This document shows positions 52,140-64,000 of a DNA stretch of 64,000 nucleotides, piece by piece. The DNA is from Camelus ferus. Taxonomy: Eukaryota. Numbering within the stretch: position 1 is the first letter of the stretch; each line of letters starts with the position of its first letter. A program made the position numbers and the translations under genes. The stretch covers positions 33,358,001 through 33,422,000 of the forward strand of contig NC_045697.1 in assembly GCF_009834535.1 (NCBI RefSeq), written 5' to 3'. Under the pieces are notes generated by a model, which worked only from the letters and a program-made list of their open reading frames with translations, searched no databases and was not told where the DNA came from.

Positions 52140-52370
52140 GAAGAACTAACAGTTGCTGAAGGTTTACTGTGTGTCAGACACAGTTCTCAGCACACTGCAT
52201 GCATTTAACCCTTGTGGTAGCACCATGAGGGAAGTACTGTTATTATTCTTTTGAGATGAGAAACCGAAGCACAGAAGATTAAGTAATCTGCTCAGGGTTA
52301 TTCAGCCAGGATCCAATCCAAGCAGTTTGGTTTTATAGCCTGTGAGTTGACCACTCACTATGCAAAATGG
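52140..52370 (-). mobile_element. MIR SINE
   Basis: 'tgagatgagaaaccgaagcacagaagattaagtaatctgctcagggt'. Confidence 0.85.
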
Positions 52371-53364
52371 CTTTCCAAGGGGTAACAGTTGTTTTAAAAA
52401 TAGGAGCAGAATAATTGCTGGGGGCCTGGATACAGTATTGTAATGGTGGCCTGAAGCTCCTTGTTATCTTACTGAAAATCTCATTCTCCATATCAGACCT
52501 GAATCTATGGCCAGCCTGTTTCCAGGACTCGTGGGATATATACAATTTCCCAGAGGTCTGTAAGCAGGGCTGTCTTCTCCGTGCGTCTCTGGAAGCCAGG
52601 ATATAATAAGGAGGCCTGAACTGATATGGAAAAAGTAGCTTGTTATTAGATGAATTAACATGTCATTTGTTGAGACATCATCATCTGAAACATGTAACAC
52701 TAAGAAGTCTGTGGTTTTCTATTGTATACCTATGTGGTAACACCTCTGCAAGGCAAGCTAATAGAGCAAATCAGGTTCTAATGTGGACACTGAACACTTA
52801 GAAGAGTAATATACACATGGGATCTAGGGATCCTGATGTTACTTGCAGGTTGGCGAAAATCTTATTCCTGCCCTTCCAAATTTTATAACTATTACCAGGT
52901 CCCTTAGCAAATGTTCATCCCAGACTTTTCACTTCATTCTAGACTCGTCTAGCTAACTTCTCACTGTGCTCTGCTCACTCAGTTTATATTTGTTGCTCTC
53001 TGGTAACTTGACATCCATTGTCTTTGTTATCTCTGGAATGTATACCTGCTCTCATTATGCTCTCTCCACAACCCTCTCTTCTCTTGTTATCTATTCATAT
53101 ATATTTGCAGCCACATTTTGCTTCTCCAGCTCCTTCTCTTAAAAAAAAAAAAGTTGGAACTGCAGAATGATGTGATGCCTCTCAGCCATTTTCATACCAA
53201 GATACACAGAGAAAATGATCACCTTTGTATATTCTGGGATTGTTTGACGAGACTGCTTGTAGTCAGAGGCAATAAGCCAGGGATTCCAGATGCCCCAGGC
53301 CATGTCAGCTGACTGCATCAGTATAACATTTCAGCTATAATCTCTTCTTGCACTTACTGGGAAG

Positions 53365-53515
53365 CCCTGATGTAGAGGAAAGAGTATGTTTTTTGTGACC
53401 AGATAAGCTGGGGTTTCCATTTTGGCTTTGTTAATTCATAGCTCTATGATCTTGATAAAATAACAATATCCTATCTTCTGACTTCTAAGCTATCAAATAA
53501 GAGTTATAATAATGA
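53365..53515 (+). mobile_element. MIR SINE fragment
   Basis: 'gatgtagaggaaagagtatg...ccagataagctggggttt...tagctctatgatcttgataaaataac'. Confidence 0.6.
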
Positions 53516-54879
53516 AAGGGGAGAGGACATTTCTGAACCTTCTCCCATTAGTCCTAGTCTGCCTGTTTCTTTTCCATTTCTTTTCTGAGAGAGAAGTTCA
53601 CAATTTGGTTGGTGAGATATTAAGACATTCATTGGACTATATTAACAGTAGTTGAGGTCAAAGAGCATGAACACATCCTCTCTTTCTTGCCTTCTAGTCT
53701 ATCTCCACCATGAAGTCAGGCTGGAGCCTCAAAAAGTCTTCATGGGAGGAAGAAGAAGCCAAGTCAGAGGTCCCTTCCCCTTAAAAGCTTACCTGCAAAT
53801 TGCACTCAACTTTTTAAGAGATTACTTACTTGAATGTCTTCTATGCTGTAGAAGTAATTTAAATCACTGTGGATCAAATAATGAATGGAATTCAGCTCTG
53901 TGTTCAAAGAGTTTGGGGTACAGCAAGCAAGAACAATCATTGAAATAAAAATTTAAGTTCTATGGTCAAAGTGTGGGCAGGAAACCAGACTGGTAATGTT
54001 CCAGAGAGCATTCTAGGAAAGGATGGCTACAACACCATTAAGATGGTCTAGCATGTGTTTCTAATCTTTCTTTCCCCCATTTATGTCTGTACCATATTTC
54101 ACGGTGGGAGATATTTCTGCTGCTCCCTTTAAAAATTTGAAGAGAATAGAATTCTGTGTGGCTTTCCTGGTACAGTGTCCTATTTGGCTTAGGACTTTAC
54201 CCCAAGTTTACCTTTATCCTCAGCTACACCTTGGACAGTGAGGAACACATTTCCTTCACTCGCAGATTCTTCCACCTTAATTAGAGTTTTTATGTTCTCC
54301 CGCAGGAGGGAGAAAGGACCCCATCTGAGAGTCATATACCAGTGACTCCCCGCCTCGCTCCTGTCTCTGCTTCCCCCCTCAGGCAGCCTGGCCAGCGGCA
54401 TGTTCCCTGTCACTGTTCACGGCATGCGCTTTGGACTCTGATTCCTAAAGACTTCTCGAACAACAAACAAAAGTCAAATATTAGAATAGGAGTCACTTTC
54501 CATTCTAAAAGCCTAATTCTCACAATTTAAAAACCTGTGCTTTGCAAATGTCATTTTTGAAACTCAAAAGCATTCCTGTTATACAAATATGAATTCTTCC
54601 TGGGATGTGGGGTTTGGGGAATAAGGGCTGGGAAAGCGATATCGTGCTCCAGGGAAACTTGGAATGTGAGTTTGGGAGAAAACTTTGATTGATATTCAAG
54701 TGTCTTCTCTCAGTCCCAACATACAAAAAATAGCAGAATTTACTCCTGATTCACAGGAGGATAACTCGTGATGAGCTTGACAAGTAAATTTCTGAGAACT
54801 GAGGGGTGGGGGAGAATCAGTACAAGTGATTTTATGGAAAATAAAGCAGGAGTAAGTTTCAATGAGGTAGAGTTTAGCA

Positions 54880-55600
54880 GAAAGAAAAGAAAAAGGGCAA
54901 ATGACTTGAACAATCTATTCACAAAAGAAGAAATGCAAAAGGCTAATAATCACATGAAAATATTCATCTTCAGTAATAATGAAAGACATTAGTAAAAACG
55001 ATCATCAAGAATTACTTGTTCTCATCACATTAACATTTTTTTTTAAAGCATGACATTATTCAGAGCTGTGAAATAGGTTTTCCTATACATTGTTGATAAA
55101 AGAATACAGAAGTACAGCTAGTAACCTGGGTAAAATATTCCAGCCTTAAAATGTATATAACCTTTAATCTAATGTCTCTACTTCTAAATATTTGCAAGAA
55201 TAAAATAACATGTTAAAAAAGAATATCTGCACTAATATATTTATGTGTGATTTTTATAACACAAAAAAAGCTATAATGTCAAATGTAAAAAATTAATCAT
55301 TTATATGCACATATCAACTTCTATGTTTTATTCACAACTACTTACTGCATATTCTATATTGCATAATGCATATGAGTAAAATATGTAATATACATTGTAT
55401 AAAGCATTGCATATATATTACATTAATCACACATACAGTGTGCATAATGCACACTATGTGTGCATGCAAAAAGTAATTAATTACTCCTATATGGTGTTTT
55501 CTTAACCAGTTCCTTGATTTTCCTCTTTTCAAAAAGTATTTGTGGATTTCTCACATTTTCTAAAATTACCAAATATGATTTCTATTATAGAAAAGTCATT
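54880..55600 (+). mobile_element. Ancient L1 (L1ME-like) ORF2 end and 3' UTR
   Basis: 'aaaagggcaaatgacttgaacaatctattcacaaaagaagaaatgcaaaaggctaataatcacatgaaaa' (ANDLNNLFTKEEMQKANNHMK). Confidence 0.8.
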
Positions 55601-56454
55601 GCAAAGAAAGAGAAAATGATAAGCAAAGGAGAAAGTTGAAATAAGGCAAAAGTTAAAAGAGTTGATTTGATTTGGTATTTAGAACGTAATTGAGGACTTT
55701 TTCCAAAGCGATGTCAAGATTATGGCTTATTTTCATTGCTATTTCAGTAGAGGTGAGGTGAGCTCGTGTAAAGAGAGTGTCTGAATCTCATTTTCAGTTT
55801 GTCTTTTAGGGTACAATTTTAATAGGTACTTGAGTCCAACATTATGTGTGGTGATTTTTACTTTTTTCAATGTCAATAACTGATAGCCCCAGATTTTAGC
55901 CCCCAAATTGTAGCTCATTTCATTTCACAATGCAAGGAATGCAATTTAAATAGACGAGGCACAGCGAGGCAACAGTTTATGTGCAGACTGTCAGTAGAAG
56001 TAGGCAGGATACCACCCAGTGTCAAGTAGTAGATGAGCAAATTCATTCAGAAGAACAAAAGTCAGAGGAAAAAAGATCAATGTCGCTCCTCCAGGCAAAC
56101 CATCTAAAGGGAAGTTGAGAAAACCATGGTGAGGAAAAGAAAAAACATTGTTACTTTTTACTTTTTTTATTTTTTTTTTGGCTAGGCAATTCATGTATAA
56201 TGTAACAATGAAGAACAAAGTATCCAAGATTTTTTCCCCTTTTCTCTTAGATTTTTCTTATGGAATTCATGCATTCAGAGTAATCAAGAATGCAGGCCAG
56301 AAATTTCAGATATCAGTATCCACAGAGCTAGGATTTCAAGTGATCCACTTACGTTCCTGTTAGATTAAAAGAAAAGAAAAATAGAGAAGGTCACAAGAAG
56401 GAGGCTGACAAATTTTCACCCATAATGAGCAAAATGGAGAAAATTTAAAATGTT

Positions 56455-56677
56455 AGGAGGGGGAGGGGCAATATGGTGGCAGAGGTACAAGAAGTACAAA
56501 CAATTATGTACAAAATAAGCTACAAGGACGTACTGCATAACACAGGGAATATGGACGATATTTTATAATAACTACAAATGCAGTATAACCTTTCAAAATT
56601 GTGAATCACTATACTGTATACCTGTAATTTATATCTTTTGTACATGAAATATACTCCAATTAAAAAAATATTTAAAA
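56455..56677 (+). mobile_element. Short L1 3' end with perfect 17-bp TSD
   Basis: agaaaatttaaaatgtt at 56438-56454 and 56678-56694. Contains 'tacaaggacgtactgcataacacagggaatat...tgtgaatcactatactgtatacctg'. Confidence 0.92.
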
Positions 56678-57439
56678 AGAAAATTTAAAATGTTGGAAAT
56701 TACTTGTTTAGAAAAGGCACTCATTAGATTCATATGCCAGCTGATGGTTTAATACTGTTAAACATTTTTAAAATAAGGTTCTTAATGCTATGAATTTGAG
56801 TAAAAATTGTACATAATTTCATTCATTCAGCTAATACTTTTGAAGCCTCTGCTCAAAATATATTCTTCCAGCATCAGGGTACATGAATGTGCACAAGAAA
56901 ATCCTTCTTTTAATTTAATTCTTGTGAATGTGACATAACTGTTATTCAAAATTATCATTAACATTGGTTTGTCCATTGTACATGTCAAGCCTGCTGCCCA
57001 AACCAGGGTCATGAGGCAGGTAGCAGACACCACGAATTGCCTCAGTGTCATGCAGCAGCTACTTTTGCCCAGTTCATTTCTGACTTTGATGCTTCCACTT
57101 ACAACTGTTGGGTCCTTGTGTGTGTCTGACTGAGTTCCTGTAGCCAGAACAGCATTCTCCCATGGCTGGTCATGAACAAGTCACTGTCAGCTGATGTAGA
57201 GGTGTCCTGATAAACTGAAGTCTGGCAGGATCCCAATGTTTGCAAATGCTTTCTTGACTCACACTATCTGCCAACACCAAGTCCAGTTGGGCAGTATCAG
57301 GACTGAAGGAAAGATGGCAGAAGGGTCAGATGCAAAGCTGAAAAGGATTGTAACATATTTCTTGGCTGGAGTTGAAATTTCAACACCCATGGATTCACAT
57401 TAAATACCCATTTTTTTGGTCATTATTTCTTCTTGTAAT

Positions 57440-59060
57440 CAAATCCCCCAAATTTATTTATACACTTCAATATAACTCTAAATAAAACCCAAGCAAGGGT
57501 TTTGTTTGTTTGTTCATTTTGGAGAAATCTATAAGCTGGTATTGAAATGTATGTGGAGAAGCAAAGAAACTAGAATAACCAGAATAAGACAGAGGAGGAC
57601 AATAAGGGAGGGGAGGAGGAAGTAGGAGGAGAGAGAGAAGAAGAAAATCAAAGTTGAAGGAAGAATCACACTACTTAATGTTGGGACTGACTGTAAGTAA
57701 GGGAGTGTAGTACTGACCAGAGCATAGACTCATATATCAAGAGAACAGAAGTGTCCAAAAATAGATACACACATATGTGGTCAATTAATGTTTGATAAAG
57801 ATGCCAAAGGCAATTAAATAGAGAAAAGATGGTATTTTCAACAAATGGTGCAGGAACAATTGGACATCCATAGCAAAACAAACAGAAAAAACTCACTTCA
57901 ACCTTGTAACACATAGAAAAATTAACATAAAGTGGATAATAGACATAAAAGTAAAATGTAAAAATCTAAGATTTCTTGAAAAATAATGAGAAAAATGTTT
58001 ACAACCTTGGATTAAGCAAAGATTTCCTAGATAGAATACTACAAGTATAAATCATCAAGAAAAAAATGATAAATTAGACTTCATCAGAGTTAACATTCCT
58101 ACCCCTCAAAGACACTATTAAGAACATGAAAAGACAAGCTACAGACTGGAAGAAAATATTTGCATAACACATCTCTTATAAAGGATTTGCGTCCAAAAAG
58201 TTCAACAATAAGAAAAGAAGATCATGACTCAAAGTAGGCAAAAATTTGGACAGGTGCTTCATAAAAGTAAACATATGGATGATAAAAAAGCATGTGCAAA
58301 GATGCTCAACATGACTACCAATAGAGAAAGCAAGTTTAAACCATGATGAGGTACCACTATACATCTATAAGAATGGATAAAAGATTTTAATGGCAATATC
58401 AATTGCTGGTGAAGGTGAAGAAAAACTTCAATTCTCATGCAGTGCTGGTAGAATAAAGCACAGTATTGTCACTTTGGAAAACAAATCAGTAGTTTCTTGT
58501 CAAATCAAGTATACACTTACCATCCAACCCAATAATCCTGCTCCTAAGTCTCCGAGATAATGAAAACAATGTCCACTCAATGATCTGTATGCAAGAGTTA
58601 TATTAGTTGTAAATTTTTATAAAAAGATGAGTGATGAAAACATTGTGTGGATGAAAAAAAGGAGTTATATTGGTTGTAATCATAATTACCCAAAATACAA
58701 ATGTCCTTCAGTGGAATGCCACTTATCAAAAAGATCAATAAAAAGAAAACAAACTGCAGATCCATGCAATATCGACAAATCTCAAATGCAATATGCAAAG
58801 GGAAAGAAACCAGACTCAAAAAGTTGCAAACCATATAATTTCATTTATATGGCATTTTAGAAAACATGTAGCTAAGTAGTTGTCAGTTTCTGACTTTGGG
58901 CAGAGGAAAGTGACAACAAAAGGGCATAAAGAAACTTTGTGGATGATGGATATATTCTATATCTTGATGATGTTGTGGGAAAACTCAAACAACTGTAAAC
59001 CTAAAAGGGTAAATTTTCCTGTATGTAAATTATACTTTCATAATCCTGATTTATAACAAC
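57440..59060 (+). mobile_element. Old L1 (L1MB/MC/MD-like) ORF2 3' part and 3' UTR
   Basis: 'tttgataaagatgccaaggcaattaaatagagaaaagatggtattttcaacaaatggtgcaggaacaattgg' is typical of L1 ORF2. 3' UTR end 'gtatgtaaattatactttcataa'. Confidence 0.9.
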
Positions 59061-59309
59061 AACAACAACAAAAAAACAAAGCAAAGAAACTTATTGGAAA
59101 AAAGCAAAGAGAAACCCATAAGAGTCAAGCAAAGTATGATATCTTTAGAATATAGTTTTCATTTGTTAAAAGTGTGGAATAGTAAATCTGGGGCTTCATG
59201 TCACTAATCTCTAGAGAGTTGTGGTGATCATGAAAGTCAAGTTAAACTCCCCAAAATCTGAGTTCAATCATTTATTTGTCCTACTTCATCCCAATTTCTC
59301 TTGTCATTT

Positions 59310-59423
59310 TAAGTCTTGCCTTTCTTGAGACATCCCTATTTATACTTGGTTTAATTATTAATAGCATCCCGTTTTCCTCTCCAAAGTGTCCCTGTCTGGG
59401 CAATAAATCACATGGTCATCCTA
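59310..59423 (-). mobile_element. hAT-Blackjack MITE (MER94/MER81 type)
   Basis: Reverse complement 'taggatgaccatgtgatttattgcccagacagggacactttggagagg...gctattaataatt' resembles the Blackjack-family end. Confidence 0.7.
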
Positions 59424-60897
59424 CTTAAATATGTAGCCTGTTAGGCACCCAGCAGATAGGTAGAAAGATGGCTTTCTCCGTATGGAGTTGCTGGGAAGAA
59501 GTGAGGTTCACATTGAGTGCTCTTGAAAGAGAATACTCTTGTCAGTCTAAAGTTTAATATTATCATCATAAAAAAAAAAGAAATGGGGCACGGTTATATA
59601 CTCAGCATCTTTAATATGCTACATCAATTAAAAGTCTGCTGAACATGCTACAAATCCTGGTCAGCACTTTTTTAAAGCAATTTAGATACATTTTTAAATA
59701 GGGAAATTAAGCCCTCAGTGAATGTGAAGTCTAAAACCATATTTAATGCTGGCATCTCTCTATTCCTTCTCCTATCCCACAGAGCATCAGCAGAGAGCCA
59801 AAAAAAAAAAAAAAAAAAAAAAAAAGATGAGGTCAAAGATGAGCTCTTTTCTCTTCTCCAGGGTTTAATGAGATTAAGTTACAGATTCTTTCCTGTTCTT
59901 AGGTCATTGCTCCAAGGGTAGAAATAAAACACAAATTAGTGTGATATTTAAACTATCCGTTAAAAATTCCATTGAGAGAGGCATGGCCCCATTTTATATT
60001 TTACTCTATGTATGCCTTAAAGACATAAAATTAACTTGGAGTCATTAGTGGATTCAAATGAAGCTGTTCTGAGCTTCACAGGGAAGATAACAGGGCTAGT
60101 GTTTTCTCTCCACCACTAAACTAATCCCAAAGACAAACTCCAATGGATTAGACATCACTTTTCTGGTGAGAGGAAGCAAAATAAGGCAAATTAAACTACT
60201 GAGGAAATTAAGGATCAAACTACATTTTCAATGCCTCTTATAAAGAAGTTTCTGTGTAAATATAAAGATACTCATTCCTTTTCCTTTTGAATTTTATTAA
60301 GTCATACACCATAATTAACTTACTTCCTTTTCTAGGACATAGCAAATCTTATTAGGATGAAAAATTAATTCTCCGAATTCCTGTGAAACATCTGAATTTT
60401 TCTATCTGTAGATCTAACATAGCCAGAACTCAAACTGCAATTTAAAGAATTAAACAACCATGAGTAGAACAGTTAATACTCGGGGAGAGCTGGCATAATT
60501 CCAAAGCAGTGCTCAAGCTGAAAGTTCCATTTGGGAGATTTCACTCCTCGCTGTTCGGTCATTCTCAGCTGTGAAGTAAGAAAGGCGATATAATTTATCC
60601 CAAGAAATAGGTGAGTCATTTTTCAGCAGTTCTGATATAGTAGTAAATTGTTCCAGAAAATGTATTAAGGGAGCAGGATCTTGGAAGAAAAATGTAATAG
60701 ACAGGAGATTGCTAAATATGTGCTACTCCCACCAAAAGCAGACCTTTTTTCATCACTTAGACTCTGATACCTACTTGGGATCCAGCCTTGTGGAAAAAAA
60801 TTTGTAGTTTCTATTCTATAAGAGAATGCAGGGTATAAACCAGTAACTTTTTACGTCAGTTAAGGGAAGTAACAGCATTGACAAGAGAATCACTATT

Positions 60898-61083
60898 TTT
60901 TTTTTTTTTGGTTTGTTTGTTTTTTGGGGTTTTTTGTTTGTTTGTTTTAAAATTCATTTAATTTTTTTGTGGGGAGTGGCAGTTAGGTTTATTTATTTAT
61001 TTTTAGAGGAGGTGCTGGGGATTCAATCCAGGACCTTGTGTGTGCTAAGCACGCATTCTACCACTTGAGCTACACCCTCCCTC
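60898..61083 (-). mobile_element. tRNA-derived SINE (camelid vic-1-like) with TSD
   Basis: Minus strand gggagggtgtagctcaagtggtagaa (A box) ... ggattgaatccc (B box-like), then an A-rich tail. TSD core atcactatt at 60889-60897 and 61084-61092. Confidence 0.9.
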
Positions 61084-61376
61084 ATCACTATTCTTTCAAT
61101 AAATAAACCTTGGCCTTAAATAAGTTCTCCAATACTAAATATTCCATTTTATCATAAAGCTCTTCCTAAAATGTCTGTAGGTTTCCATTAAAATATCCTT
61201 TTATCCTTTAAATAACAACACAATGTCAACTTGTTGGCTAGACTCTTTCACATACAATATCATTTGAATTTGTATATTATATATTGGATTGTATTATTTC
61301 ACTTCGGATTTTATTATTCTATTTTATATGCATCATACATTTTACACTCTATTGAACTTGTCTTTATAAGGTATAG

Positions 61377-61378
<2 letters not shown>

Positions 61379-61416
<38 letters not shown>
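61379..61416. repeat. (TTA)n microsatellite
   Basis: Seen directly. Confidence 0.95.
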
Positions 61417-61417
<1 letters not shown>

Positions 61418-61449
61418 GCCAAAAAGAAAAAAAATACAATTTTGAAAAA

Positions 61450-61586
61450 TATTTTTTGGGGGTGGGAGTTAATTAGGTTTGTTTATTTATTTATTTATCT
61501 ATTTATTTTTAAAGGAGATACTGGGGATTGAACCCATGAACTTGTACATCCTAAGCACCTGCTCTACCACTGAGCTATACCCTCCC
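61450..61586 (-). mobile_element. tRNA-derived SINE (camelid vic-1-like), second copy
   Basis: Minus strand gggagggtatagctcagtggtagagc ... gggttcaatcccc ... (taaa)n aaacctaattaactccc. Confidence 0.9.
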
Positions 61587-61779
61587 TGCTAAAAAAATTT
61601 TTGAATAAAGTAAAACATGATCAATATTGGTGATAATTTTGTAATCCATTTATTAACTAGGTCACCAAGTGAGTCTTCTTTCTCTCAGCTGATTAAATTA
61701 CTTCTATACTATTTATTTGATCAATATGCAGCCATAATAAGGAGGTGTCAGATGATGTGTCAATATATTTCAAGTGTAT

Positions 61780-62000
61780 CAAAGCATTGAGTGGTTTAAA
61801 ATCTTAGAATCCAAGATTTTGACATTTTGGCTTCAATTCAATGCTAGTCCTCTAACAAGTGACTGTGAGTATATGTGCGTATTTGTGTTGTGATTGAATG
61901 CTTTTCTAGGTCTTACAAATTTTCTGTATTGGATAAATGTTACCTTTTTAATCAGATCAAAATAAATAAACACAGAATGCCATGGGCCCTGCAAGTTGGA
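61780..62000 (+). mobile_element. MIR SINE (diverged)
   Basis: 'gagtggtttaaaatcttagaatccaagatt...tctaggtcttacaaattttctgtatt'. Confidence 0.5.
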
Positions 62001-62899
62001 ACCTAAGCTCAGTGATGAGAGGAGCAAAACTAACTTCCCTAGGTCTAGAAAAGGGTTCCAAGCAAGCTTTCAGTAGTGGATAAGGGCAGAAACATCGGAC
62101 AGCACAGTGGAATAAAAAACAGCCTAGCAGGAGTGCCTAAAATGTCCAGCTGGAATCAAGGACACAATACTAAGAATGGGTCTCAGGGATGATTCCATTT
62201 CTCAGAGAGAATGAGGACAAGGTAAGCAGGTCTCTTGTCTCAGGAATTGTCTCAGGACATCGTACCCTGATCAAGATGGAAAAAATAAATACAATCAGAC
62301 AGTTATAGGAGCTGGGTATGGAGAAGAAGAACTTTTATAAATTTCAAGTTGTTATAGATAGACAAATCCTAAAGCACTAAACTACAGAATCATGCTCTAG
62401 CCGAGCACTTGGGATCCCTGTAGAAAAGACAAGTAACCATCAGTTCCGTAAACCTATGTAGAAAACCCCTGGAAGTGATGAGAAAGCTGGGACTTACAAG
62501 GAAGGTTATTATTCTCTCCGCTTAAACAACTTCCACTAGACCTATTCACTAATCTTAGTCTTAGAACTCATTTTTCTGACATAAGAAGAGGTTATCCTAA
62601 AGCTTAGAGCAGTGGACCTTGAAAAACACTGAATGCCCCCATCCTAGTACCACAGAAATTTCAAGGTCTGTCTCTCACACTGCACAGACTGTGTGAAGTT
62701 ACGAGAGAGAACTTCATAAATCAACCAAAAGGAGTCCCTAGAGTTGCATAATGTCAAGAAAAGGAGGACCTAAAGTGATAATATCTGTTAAGCATCCAAA
62801 GAAATAAATTGGTCCCGGATCTTCGTGCAGGAGTTAATTTCTAGGTAGGGAGTAAATTGCTCCAATGGTGATAATTGGAACTCATTCATTCTTTTAATT

Positions 62900-64000
62900 A
62901 TTAAGTCATTAATTAAACACATATTTGTATAGAGGTAGACTAGTTAGAAGGACTATTGCTGCAGTTCAGCAGATACATGAGTAAGGTGGAAATGGGGAGA
63001 AATGGGGAGAAATGGGGACTTCCAGTGATAAGGGAGGTAAAACAGATAGGACATAATGCTGTGTGGGGAGTCAGTACCAAGAAGGACTTCCATCATTCTG
63101 ACTTGAGGACCTGTTTGGAGGTGACAGGAGAATGTGGAAAGTAAGCGGCATTGAGTTCAGTTTGGGCCACGTAAAAATTGAAATGTTTCTGAAAAATCCA
63201 AGTATAAATGCCAAGTAAGCAAATAATTGTATAGATCTATAATTCAGGAAAAAAGTCTTGGCTGGTTATATAAACATGAAAAATGTTCAGTTTGTGGATA
63301 TTGAGTGAAGTCCTGGAAATAGACATGATCTTACGAGGAGGTTAAGGCTGAAAAGAGAAGAAAATAAGGAAATACTTAGGCCTTGAAGAAAAAAGAGACA
63401 AGGCTGAGTAGTAAAGAAATGTAAGAAGAAAACCAAGAGGAGCGTATTATAAAACAAAGGATCACGCTTCTGAAAAATTAAGTAACGTAGTGAATTAAGA
63501 TCCCATAGAATACTTAAGCAGCATAGCTTTGCAGAAGTGGCTCTGCCTCTTTCAATTCAATAAATTGGAATGGAGTGGGTTAAAGAGTCAGGAAATATAA
63601 AGAGTATGGGAGATCTAGGCAGCTCTTGAGAAAAAAATGTTTCCTCTATTTTAAACATGGGAAAAAGGAGGATGGCTGAGGATTCAGGGAGGTATTTATG
63701 TTTAGTGGTGGGAGGTTGAAAGAGTTCCAACATACTGACTTTTTATTTTCTATGGGAAGTAAGAGATTTCTGAAACTCTCCTGATTGTGGTGAAGTAGAA
63801 GAGGCTGGAGGTCTGGGTGGGATAGAAAGATCTGAAATTGTTACTGTGGAAAGTAAGACAATTAGCTGAACAGGAAACTGTCATTTGAAGTTTAAGTAGC
63901 GTTTATACTGGTGAACAAAAATCGATGGCAGTATCATTCCAATCTGGTTATGCAGATTCCTCCAGCAATGCTTTCTGGCCCAGGTGGAGATGCAGAGAAT
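62900..64000 (-). mobile_element. LINE-2 fragment running to the window end
   Basis: 'ttgagttcagtttgggccacgtaaaaattgaaatgtttctgaaaaatccaagt...aattcaggaaaaaagtcttggctgg' resembles reverse L2. Confidence 0.8.

Noticed and set aside
56700..59423. Possible large Blackjack transposon interrupted by L1
   Set aside because: 59310-59423 reads as a self-contained short MITE, and I could not find convincing transposase motifs in 56700-57440.
61500..61586. tRNA-like sequence with A and B boxes (also 61000-61083)
   Set aside because: These are SINE heads with an A-rich tail, not tRNA genes.
1..64000. CRISPR arrays, prokaryotic operons or defence systems
   Set aside because: The sequence is mammalian. 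There are no regularly spaced repeat-spacer arrays and no dense coding regions.
1..64000. Inferring a host-gene strand from L1/LTR orientation bias
   Set aside because: L1 copies occur in both orientations in similar numbers, so the signal is uninformative. The host gene, if any, was not identified.

Overview
AT-rich, repeat-dense eukaryotic (eutherian mammal) genomic DNA with no recognisable protein-coding exon or RNA gene; it reads as a long intron or intergenic region. Two tRNA-derived SINEs resembling the camelid vic-1 family, short young L1 3' ends of camelid type, and no recognisable Alu, Bov-A/Bov-tA or PRE-1 point to a camelid genome (inference from memory of the families). Most of the window is LINE-1, LINE-2, MIR, ERV1/ERVL/MaLR LTRs, hAT/Tc-mariner MITEs and microsatellites. 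The ORF track is chance ORFs plus decayed L1 ORF fragments. The most notable observations are: (1) a 3.35 kb L1 that keeps its 5' end but stops inside ORF2 at an A-rich tract, apparently with a target-site duplication (TSD); (2) a perfect 23-bp inverted repeat with nested palindromes at 24480-24531; (3) several repeat-free, CpG-retaining, motif-dense blocks that look like enhancers; and (4) a few candidate non-coding exons and one candidate microexon. I found no convincing novel multi-component system. Repeat subfamily names come from recalled consensus sequences, not from a search. Boundaries of old repeats are approximate unless a TSD is quoted.
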